A DNA stretch of 64,000 bases, from positions 55,242,001 through 55,306,000 of the forward strand of contig NC_043003.1 of the NCBI RefSeq assembly GCF_006345805.1, given 5' to 3'. Below the pieces are notes generated by a model. It was not told the origin of the DNA and ran no database searches. It saw only the letters and a program-made list of their open reading frames with translations. Positions 53,982 through 64,000 of the stretch are shown here, one piece after another (position 1 is the first letter of the stretch; each line of letters begins with the position of its first letter). This stretch comes from Octopus sinensis. Lineage: Eukaryota. The translations under genes and the position numbers were made by a program.

Positions 53982-56852
53982 ATGATCAAGATTGGTTGTG
54001 TAAATGCGCGTGGCTTGGGTCCCCTTGGAAACAAGGGTCCTTTAAATGACATAAAGTCAATAAGTTAGAAATCATAGCCATAAGTGAGACCAGACTCCAC
54101 AATCCGCGGGCCCTAAAGACCATGTTTGGCGGACAGTTTCAACATTTATTTTCCCCCTGTCTGCCGAGAATGGGCGGTAGTGGCACCGCGGTACTTTTTC
54201 ACAAGAGTCTGGATCTCAAAGTAAGGACAATATTCGTAGACCCGGAGGGTAGACTGGTCGTCCTGGATGTCGACGGCAGCAATGGGCGCGCTTTTCGACT
54301 CGTATCAGTCTACACACCGCCCTTAACAGGTCGGGCGGATTTCTTTCAACGTCTAGAAGTATTCTTGGGAACGTCTCGTCCTTTACTCTTAGTGGGGTAT
54401 TGGAATGCTACCTTGGACACGCATGTAGACTACGTGGGTAGAGAATAGACGGGGATGCAAATGCCTCAGAGACCTGCTCAGACGCTTTCAACTGTCTGAC
54501 AAGTTCCGACTAGACCACCCGAATGCGCCAACGTGGACATGGAGCAACCGCATCGGGTCGTCGAGATCGTATCTAGATAGGATACTGTGTAGGACAGTAG
54601 ACAGAGATAGCATAGGATGTCCACAATTCCACATAGTCAGCTACACGGATCACAAACTTGTGACATGTACGCTAGACTTAGGTAAGACACTTAGGCAGGG
54701 TCCCGGATACTGGAAACTAAACGCGTCTTTCCCATCGAGACAGGTTTTCAGAGACCGGATTAGCACACTAGTAAAGAGGCTTTGACGGGAGCCATCATCA
54801 ACAACAAATGGTGGTTTGCCCTCAAGAGAGCAGTAAAAGCAGAAGCGATTAGGTACAGCAAAGCACTAGCCATAGATAGAAATAGAGTAGAGGGTGAGCT
54901 AGTTAAGAAGCTAGAAGAGGCAATTAGAAGCGGCATCGCATCCGACGTTTAGATAACTTTAGATAACTTTAGGCCCATCACTCTGCTTAATGCAGACTTG
55001 AAAATTTTGGCCTAGGTGCTAGCCAAGATGTTGGCGCTTGTCATCGAGAAACTGGTCGACGGGGCGCAAACATGCGCCGTGCCAGGCCGGACCATCCATG
55101 ACAACCTCCACCTGATGCGCTACATCATAGACAGGATAGTTAACGAACCTGGCATGGGTGGGGCGCTGATCAATTTGGATCAATCGAAAGCTTTTGATAG
55201 GGTGGACCATCGATACTTGGAGGCGGTCCTCGGAGCGGCTGGCTTCGGTCCCGTCTTCCGCGGCTGGATAGCCGCTTGTACAGAGGCATCCGTTCGGTAA
55301 TTCGCGTGAATGGACATCTATCGAGACCCTTCGACATCGCACGTTCGGTCCGTCAGGGATGCCCCCTCTGTCGCTTCTATACGTATTGACTCTCGAGCCA
55401 TTATTGCGGAAGCTGGCAACCTTGAGAGGCATCCCGCGAGAACTGGGATGCGGGACGAGCGTGTCTGCATACGCGGACGACGTCACCGTCATAGTGTCTA
55501 GCCACGAGCACATCGAGTAGGTCGGCGAGACACTGAAAAACTACGAAGCGGTGACAGGAGCGAAAATCAACCGGGAAAAGTCAGTGGGCTTGCGACTAGG
55601 CACCTGGAGAAGCGAGCCCATGCCGTCCACCAGCGCCTCCGTCGTGGGACGCTGGACCGACGACCCGGTTGAGTTGCTCGGGGTCTGGTTTGGTCCGGAC
55701 CTCCAAGTGGAGAAGAACTGGAACGAGAGATAACGAGTAGGGTGGTCACTCTCGCCCGGCAATGGGCCGAGAGGAAACTGTCCCTAAAAGGTCGGGCGGA
55801 GGTGGCGAACACGTATATCGCGTCCGACATCTACTACCGCCTGACCGTCGTACCTTGTCCCGACCCTACCATCACCAAACTACAACGCATTCTCTTTCGC
55901 TTCTTGTGGAAAGGATGCGTCCCGATGGTCAGGCGATCCATTTGCTGTCAACACCCGTTAAAAGGAGGGCTGGCATGCCATGGTTGATGATGCGCAGACA
56001 CGCGCTGAGACTGCGACATCTCTGGCTCTATGTAGACGACGGTGAACAGGTGTGGTCGCCGTTTGTGAGGCACGCTTTCCCGCAGCTCGTCTCCATGACC
56101 GAACTGCAGTCGTGGATCAAAAAGAGGCCGAAGAAGGGCGAATGGCACCGCAAGTGTCGCGTTGCTCTCAAGCAACTCTGCCGTCCTGGGTCGACCTTGA
56201 GTGACTTCAACACAACCAAAGCATTCTATAGGGGTTTAGTGGAGGGGAGGTACGACGACGATCTCGGGGCGAACCTGGACGTCGACGATGAGTACCTGAC
56301 CCGCCTGTTCAGGACGACTTTCGGGCCAGGGCCCATGGACAACTTCCAGAGATCCCTGGCCTGGCGGTGCTACCGAGAAGCGCTACCCGTTCGGGATAAG
56401 CTCTACAGACACGGCTCGAGAAACACGGGGCCGACCTGCCGAGATGCGGTCAGAGCGACGAAACCGTTCTGCACGCACTCGTGCAGTGTCCGACAATTTC
56501 CGACCTGTGGGCTTATATCGAACAACTGCTGTCACGTGTGGGACGAGTCGGTTATCAGCTGAGTCTATCGTCAATATTGTCACGCTCCCTCCTTCAAACG
56601 GGAAGGAAGAGCTATTTTCATCATCCTTGTGGCTATGGCGAAAGAATGTATCTGGTGGACGCGTCTGAAAGGATTGGAGACAAACACTTTCCTCTCTGGT
56701 CAATCTCTCATCAACTTCTTCAAGTACCACTTGAAAAGGAAAGTGAGAGTAGAGAGGCAAGTTTTGTCTAGCGAATGTTTTAAAAAAGATGGGTGAATGT
56801 AGCAAGAATGGCACGTATGAATGACGAAGCCACCTTGAGCATGATCCTATGA
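53982..56852 (+). pseudogene. Tx1-type ORF2 (AP endonuclease, reverse transcriptase, C-terminal Cys-rich region), multiply disabled
   Basis: MIKIGCVNARGL...IIAISETRL; YTDHKLV; PGYWKLN; NFRPITLLNADLKILA; LDQSKAFDRVDH; VRQGCP; SAYADDVTV; ends ...ATLSMIL* at 56852. Confidence 0.93.
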
Positions 56853-57430
56853 ACCAGAAATTGAAAACAGAGAGTTGCTTATTCGCAAAAAAAAAAAAAA
56901 AAGAAATTTAACATGTGACTCCATTGACCGAGGTTACGTGGTCTTTTCCGTGGCTTTTCTTTCCACGGGTAAACCTCACCTGTCCTCCCCTTTTCACTTC
57001 ATATTGACATTTTTTGATAACGATACCTATTGATCAATTTTTTTTTTCCTCTCCCCTTTTTTTTAACCCCCTTTTTTTGCCTCTTTCTCTCCTTTTACGA
57101 TCCCTTTTGATCGAAACTCCCCTCCTTTTTTTTCTTTTTTTTTTTAAACCTTCAAAAGAAAAGCTCTACCTTGTAATTTGTTCTATCTGTGTGCAGCCTG
57201 TGGGCTAATAAGAAAAACATATCATCTATCTACTATCTATCTATCTATCTATATTATATATATATTATATATTTATATATATATATATATATCTAATGTA
57301 TATATACACACACATAATTGCAGTGAGTGTGTATATATGTATGGACATATCTATATAAGTGGATATGCATGTCTTATATATATATTTGTATAATATATAT
57401 ATACAATATATATATTATATATATCGTATA

Positions 57431-57461
<31 letters not shown>

Positions 57462-57498
57462 TATAAAATATACATATATATTATCTTATATATATATA

Positions 57499-57541
<43 letters not shown>

Positions 57542-57869
57542 TATACATATATATAATAAAATGATAAACACAAACCCCTTGTTACAGTACAATATATATT
57601 TGAAAGAATGAATAGAGAAGACTTTAGTGAGGGGGTCATTTTTCTTTTTAATATTAATAATATTTACACTGAGTTAATCAGAAATAAGATTCAATTTCAA
57701 GTAGCTGTTTTCAAACGGCTTCTTGAAAATGGAAACCTTTTTCAAAACGGCTACTTGAAGGTCGAAACTCAAATCAGACTGACTTACTGTAAACACTATT
57801 TTTAAGATTAAAATAAAATGTACCACCTCAAAAAAAGCCATCTCTAGTCATTCTTTCAAATATACATAT

Positions 57870-58270
57870 TTCTTTTATTCTTTTATATGATTCAACATCT
57901 GACTGCGACCATGCTAGAACAGCACCTTTACTGGAACAATTCCAGTACTTATTCTTTGTAAGCCTGGTACTTATTCTCTCGGTCTATTTTGCCGAACCGC
58001 TATGTAACGGGAATATAAACACACCAACATCGGTTGTGAAGCGATGGTGTGGGAACAAACATGGACACAAATAACAAACACCCCCACCCCACATATATAT
58101 ATATAAACCACGGTCTTCTTTTAGGTTCCGCCTAGCAAATCCACCGGCAAGTCCTTCGTCGACCCGAGGCTGTATTAGAAGGCGCTAACACAAAGTGCGA
58201 TGCAGTGAAACTGAACCCGGAAACACGTGGACTGAATCCGGAACCAAACTCTTTACCACACGGTCAGTCC
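57870..58270 (-). mobile_element. SINE family B, diverged
   Basis: ctgactgcgaccatgctagaac ... aatccaccggcaag ... ctctttaccacacgg. Confidence 0.85.
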
Positions 58271-58348
<78 letters not shown>

Positions 58349-58369
58349 ATATATATTATATTATATAAT

Positions 58370-58410
<41 letters not shown>

Positions 58411-58426
58411 TATATGTATATATACA

Positions 58427-58610
58427 GGCGCAGGAGTGGCTGTGTGGTAAGTAGCTTGCTAACCAACCTCATGGTTCCGGGTTCAGTCCCACTGCGTGGC
58501 ACCTTGGGCAAGTGTCCTCTGCTATAGCCCCGGCCAACCAATGCCTTGTGAGTGGATTTGGTAGACGGAAACTGAAAGAAGCCTGTCGTATATATATATA
58601 TATATATATA

Positions 58611-58643
<33 letters not shown>

Positions 58644-58866
58644 GTATTGTGTGTTTGTGTGTCGTGTTTGTCCCCCTAGCATTGCTTGGACAACCGATGC
58701 TGTGTGTTACGTCCCCGTCACTGAGCGGTTCGCAAAAGAGACCGATAGAATAAGTACTGGGCTTACAAAGAATAAATCCGGGGTCGATTTGTTCGACTAA
58801 AGGCGGTGCTCCAGCATGGCCGCAGTCAAATGACTGAAACAAGTAAAAGAGTAAAAGAGAGTAAAG
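58427..58866 (+). mobile_element. SINE family B, full length, best-preserved copy
   Basis: ggcgcaggagtggctgtgtggtaag (A box), ggttcagtcc (B-box-like), internal (TA)n(TG)n, tail gtaaaagagtaaaagagagtaaag. Confidence 0.93.
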
Positions 58867-58903
58867 TGAGTACGTACATATTACATATATATACACATAT
58901 ATA

Positions 58904-58954
<51 letters not shown>

Positions 58955-59876
58955 AATATTTATATAGACACATAAATATATACATACATGCATACATACC
59001 TATTAATCTACCTAATTACCCACCTACCTATCTGAATAGATACATACATTCATAATACATACAAACTACAGTAATATGTTATTTCCTGCTGAAGATTTGT
59101 CTAGAAGCGAGACAACTGAAGAAAGTCTCAAATAAAGTTACGCAAAACAGCTGATTTCAAATCAAGTTGACTTTGACTCACAGGAGATTGCAAGTTTAAG
59201 CCTGCTGCACGCGAATTGTAAAGGAATGCTATGAAAAAAAGAACATAAACATTTGAACAGTAAGCAAATAATTATTTAGAGAAAAAACATATCATATTAA
59301 CGAGAACGGCTGGAGTGCAGAGACCACAACGTGGCACTAATAAGAGACGTAAGATGCCATGAGAAGTATTGAAAGCATACCCGACAGAAAATTTGCAGCC
59401 TGAGAGAAAATTTTAAGTGTACATGCACTTAATCTGACGACTGTGTGTTCATGGGTATAGTTCCACTAATCGTGAGGATAGAATGTCGATTGTAAGGATA
59501 AGAATCGACAATTTTAAGTGCAGGTGTTAAGAAAATACATTTTACAGCAACATCAGAATACTGAAATAATTGATGTTTTCAACTCCATAACAATTTCGAT
59601 AATCAGTTAATCAAAAATCATCTTACGTTTTGCTTGAGTGGCCCAGGTAAAAATATATTCTAAGTGTGAATAAATTTTCAAGAAAATCGGTTGAAAAGTT
59701 ATGGCATAAAATAAGATTCACATGAGAATAGTGTCCTAGTGATTTTTGAAACATCGATGCTGATTAAAAATTATCGATTTTTTTGAAATTCTAAATCCGT
59801 GAATGACCGCATGAGCACAAGCCCCACACATGTGTCATGGTTCATCAAAATCGGCTGTTAAAGGACTTAAAGTTGA

Positions 59877-60003
59877 GGGATATTTGTTCTCATCTTGTTT
59901 GTTGTTAACGCCACGTATCGGGTGATATACCCTCCACCCTTCTTGAGGTGTCTCGGGGAAATTTCAAACCTGGGTTCTCCTTCCTAAGGTATTTTCCCGA
60001 TGT

Positions 60004-60038
<35 letters not shown>

Positions 60039-60140
60039 TTATTATTATTATTTAAGTCACTGCCTCGAATCGAACTCGGAATATTCGTCAAATGTAAATA
60101 ATGTAAATAAAGTACATAATTCCTCATCTCTTAAATAAAA
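59877..60140. mobile_element. SINE family D copy with an inverted 5' part
   Basis: 59877-60080 is antisense (B box GAGTTCGATTC, (AAT/AGT)n, body); 60081-60140 is the sense tail. The two parts are contiguous in the copy at 20372-20470. Confidence 0.75.
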
Positions 60141-60211
60141 CTGTATTATTCTATACGTGCATACACATATATAAATATACATGTATCATTCTTAAGTATA
60201 TGTTACACATG

Positions 60212-60247
<36 letters not shown>

Positions 60248-61110
60248 TATAATTTTTTTCATATATATCTGTATGTGGATGTACTCATGCACGCACGTAT
60301 ATGTGAATGTATTCAACATAATTATGTATGTTTGTGAGTATTTATGTATTTATGATTCTATACGTATACGTATATATAGCGCATATACAAATAAATACAT
60401 ACAAATATGTGGTATATATATATATATATAAATATATATGTGCATATATGAATGTAGGTATGCATTTATATATTTATATATGTCTGTATGTGTGCATAGG
60501 TGCACACAGATTCTTGTGCACGATCTGCAGGAGTGTATTTGTAGGAAATGTCCTTGCAGAGACAATTAATGTCTTGAACTTTAGGCAATATGGGGCAAAT
60601 ACCCCTATATAGAAAGCAGCATATTCCAGGGTGAAAAAGATCATCTAATACTATCTTTCAAACTCCGCGCAGAGTTAATTTGTTTCTAACACTCTAGAAG
60701 CTCATTTCATAAACAAAACCTTTTCATAATATATTGTTTTGTCACGTTTCCTTGCATCCCTAAGACCACATCGTGTTGTTATACAAGCGTAGATACATAC
60801 ATACATACATAAACACAAAGACACACACACAAACTGAAACACACACACATAATCACTAGCGACAAATGTAGTATAGTAAGAAACAGGCAATGTATGTTGC
60901 GCTAGAACCCCATATATCGCTTTATTTACATTGCCAGAATCTCTCACATGGACTCAGGGCTCATAGTAGCACTCATATTTATACGGTTGAGAGAAGATAG
61001 TCGGCTACATCACCGGAACCGCTAGGTGTCATGATTTCGCCTTGCACAGACTTCAGCGACGGACATCTTGTAGCGTTATAGCAGCCGAGGAAACGTGACA
61101 AAACAATATC

Positions 61111-61345
61111 AAGGCAGCGAGCTGGCAGAAACGTCAGCACGCCGGGCGAAATGCGTAGCCGTATTTCGTCTGCCGTTACGTTCTGAAGTTCAAATTCCGC
61201 CGAGGTCGACTTTGCCTTTCATCCTTTCGGGGTCGATAAATTAAGTACCAGTTAATCACTGGGGTCGAGGTTATCGACTTAATCCGTTTGTCTCTCCTTG
61301 TTTGTTCTCTCTGTGTTTAGCCCCCTTGTGGGTAGTAAAGAAATA
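61111..61345 (+). mobile_element. SINE family A, full length
   Basis: aaggcagcgagctggcagaaacgtcagcacgccgggcg...gttcaaattccgccgaggtcgactttgcctttcatcctttcggggtcgataaattaagtaccag (Meta/MESC-like central domain). Confidence 0.92.
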
Positions 61346-61864
61346 GTTATAGCAGCCAAAACTCAGTCATGGATGTCGCAAATAGTAGCAGTCTTATTGA
61401 AAATATTATGGATTATTTCAGAAGCATTCCTCATGTTCATCTTAAGGTGGAGGATGTTTAAGAACATAGAACTCTGAATTATTTACTTTGAGAGGAACTC
61501 TCATATGCACCTGCAGTGCATATATATATATATGTTTGTGTGTGTGTGTGTGCGTGTGTGTTCGGTGGTCCCGTTGCTGCACGATGGTAGGTGTTCGTTC
61601 CTCTGTTTGCAATATATATCGGGTGTAGTTTAAATCGTATAACCAGCTGGAGAGGCGTTCTTCTGGGGTTTCTAGAGGCCGGCCATGTTAAAGTGGCGAT
61701 AATAAACCTTATTTTACTGTATAGTTAATGCTTTCATTTCTCATAGAGATTTTCTAAGTAGCTAATTTGCTTGTTATATATGACCGTTTATTAAATTATT
61801 TTCCTTAGTCATTGCACGGTGATTGCCATAAGCTTTAAGATTATATAGAAATACCATTATTATT

Positions 61865-62330
61865 TACAGGATTGTAAAAACGGCGCCGTATACAATAAAG
61901 ATTTGCACCGAAAGCATATAGAAATTTGTTTATATATAAAAAAAACAAAGACGACCTATTATAGTTCTGAAATTTGACAGGAAAAGGGAGTCTGACAGGA
62001 TTTCACCTAAACACTTACGTTCATGGATCTATGCAATATTGCACCTTTGGTTTCTATAACTTCGGAAAGTTGAACCATGAACTTTTATGCTCCTTTTACT
62101 TCTCTCTTTCCATCTTCTTATTCTTTTACTCCTTTCCTCCATGCTGTCATCTTATTGATATATGCCATTCTCATTTTCCATATCTTCTCCCCTATTTGTC
62201 TCTGATAACGGAATATCCCATACTCGGTGATATCAAAGCAACAACTGTAAGATTTGGAATTTCTTCCCCTTCCTATAATTATATCGTATATCGTATATGA
62301 CTTGAGATATTTGCAATGCTTTAATGTTTG
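61865..62330 (+). mobile_element. Possible PLE 3' remnant with a hammerhead-like end
   Basis: IVKTAPYTIKICTESI resembles a GIY-YIG tail; 62197-62252 is homologous to the motif at 5345-5432. Confidence 0.45.
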
Positions 62331-63099
62331 ACGTCCTGTTTAACTATTATATATATATAAAGAGAGAGAGAGTAAGAGAGAGAGAGAGAGAGTGGTAGAT
62401 AAATAGGTACAGATATATGGAGAGTGAGAGAGAGAGTCAACAGATAAAATACTGTGATGTTCAATATAGAAAACACTATATTCCCTCTCATATATTTCTA
62501 CATGCATCAGTAATCCGTGTCAACCCGCCTTCATTCTTCGAATTCCCCTTCAACACCCTACTAATATCTATAACTGCATCATTTCCCACTCTTTAAGACC
62601 CACCATCCTCCGTCGTCTCACTATTTCAATTTCCCTTAGTTCTATGGCTTCACCATGTCTAACTATCAACATCTCTACTTAAACCAAACGATAACGACCA
62701 CCCTTCAAAATATTGCCCATTACATCACTCTCACATATCTCTCAACTCTCCATTTCAACTTCTTTCAATACACCGATCTCACATTCCCTCCAACATCCAG
62801 ATATGCCTCTCTTATCACTTTATCCCTTCCTCTTCTTCAACAATCCCAACATATCCATCAAGCGACTTGCTTGCTCTCTCCACTACTGCTTACCTACCTG
62901 TTCGCCCATTCTACCTTTAAATTTCCTTGCATTGGGACTTGAAATGTAAAGTTTTTTTTTAGATCCTGAATATGGGCACCTAAAACTAACTAATGACTAT
63001 TTGCTTCCATTGCCAGACCTGTAATACCATATATTAGCCCCCTAAATTTTATGATTGTTTGTATTTCGTGTAAGTTGCTGTGGTAATATAGAAATATCT

Positions 63100-63650
63100 A
63101 CATGCAGTAGAATCTCATAGTACTAGTGCATCATTGTACGAGTAGTTCTCTCGTGCAAAATTTTGTCTTGAAGTACGAGCAGAAATCTGCAGTACGAGCG
63201 AGTTTCATACAAGCGACTGCTAGTCGGTGCTGAGCTCGCTCACACTATCCCAACAGGCAGCTTCCCTGTTGTTTTTTTTCAGTGTTTTGTTTAGCTTTGT
63301 GCATTTTTCGCTAATGTTTTATAACTATTGCGTTAGTCATGGGTCCTAAGAAGGTTAATATAAACGAGAGTGCTGAGAAGAAGAGAATATTGCGATAGAA
63401 TTGAAAAAGTAAATAATTGATAAACATTTGAGAGGTGTGCTCGTAGTGGACATAATACTTCAATACGACCGAAGTACGTCATCGATCTGCACCATCATGA
63501 ATAAAAAAAGATGAGATCAAGGCCGTTACAACAGCAAATGTTATCTCTAGGTTCTCTATGCAATGCACACCTGTCCACGAAAGGATGGTAAAATTGCTTT
63601 TCCTGTGGATCAACTAGAAGCAACTCGCAAGCGGATACGACCATCATCAA
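63100..63650 (+). mobile_element. Tigger/pogo transposon 5' remnant (CENP-B-type HTH)
   Basis: From ATG 63339: MGPKKV...IELKK*IIDKHLRGV.V.DI..QYDRSTSSICTI.NKK...VHERMVKLLFLWIN*KQLA; begins cagtagaatctc. Confidence 0.85.
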
Positions 63651-63838
63651 CTTCAATTACTGCTCCCCATTTGCTTGGCAGACGGTCAGACCGTCATTTA
63701 AAGTTGTTTTTGTTGAATAAAATTTGTTGAAAAAAAAGCTGCAATAATTATACACCCACCCAATAATTCACACACACACAGATACTCGCACACATACACA
63801 CACACACACATACACACACACACATACACACACACACA

Positions 63839-63958
<120 letters not shown>

Positions 63959-63960
63959 AA

Positions 63961-64000
63961 CGGGCTTTCACAGGTTTCTGTCTGCCAAACTTATTCACAA
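63961..64000 (-). mobile_element. SINE family B internal segment, cut by the window end
   Basis: cgggctttcacaggtttctgtctgccaaacttattcacaa after a (CA)n(TA)n tract, as in the other minus-strand copies. Confidence 0.6.

Larger units (their letters stand above)
51736..57218 (+). mobile_element. Near-full-length Tx1-clade non-LTR retrotransposon (L1 superfamily), disabled
   Basis: 5' UTR, ORF1 with a zinc knuckle, ORF2 with APE and RT, and an A/T-rich 3' UTR; (TATC)n on both sides. Confidence 0.9.

Overview
AT-rich, microsatellite-saturated animal genomic DNA. The SINE families resemble those I recall from Octopus, so a coleoid cephalopod origin is likely (inference, not verified). I could not identify any host protein-coding gene; almost all listed ORFs are microsatellite read-through or transposon remnants. 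The window holds: a near-full-length but disabled Tx1-clade (L1 superfamily) LINE between (TATC)n tracts (about 51.7-57.2 kb); at least five Penelope-like element (PLE) remnants with RT and/or GIY-YIG motifs; three RTE-clade LINE fragments; mariner, Tigger/pogo and possibly hAT transposase remnants; MITEs including a foldback hairpin; and more than 20 tRNA-derived SINE copies from several families (labelled A-E here). The most interesting signals are a near-intact type I hammerhead ribozyme at 48732-48782 (minus), several related degenerate hammerhead cores (one inside a tRNA-headed SINE that also shows a twin-priming-type inversion), and the apparent (TATC)n targeting by the Tx1 element. Repeat boundaries are read by eye and are approximate unless a TSD is quoted.
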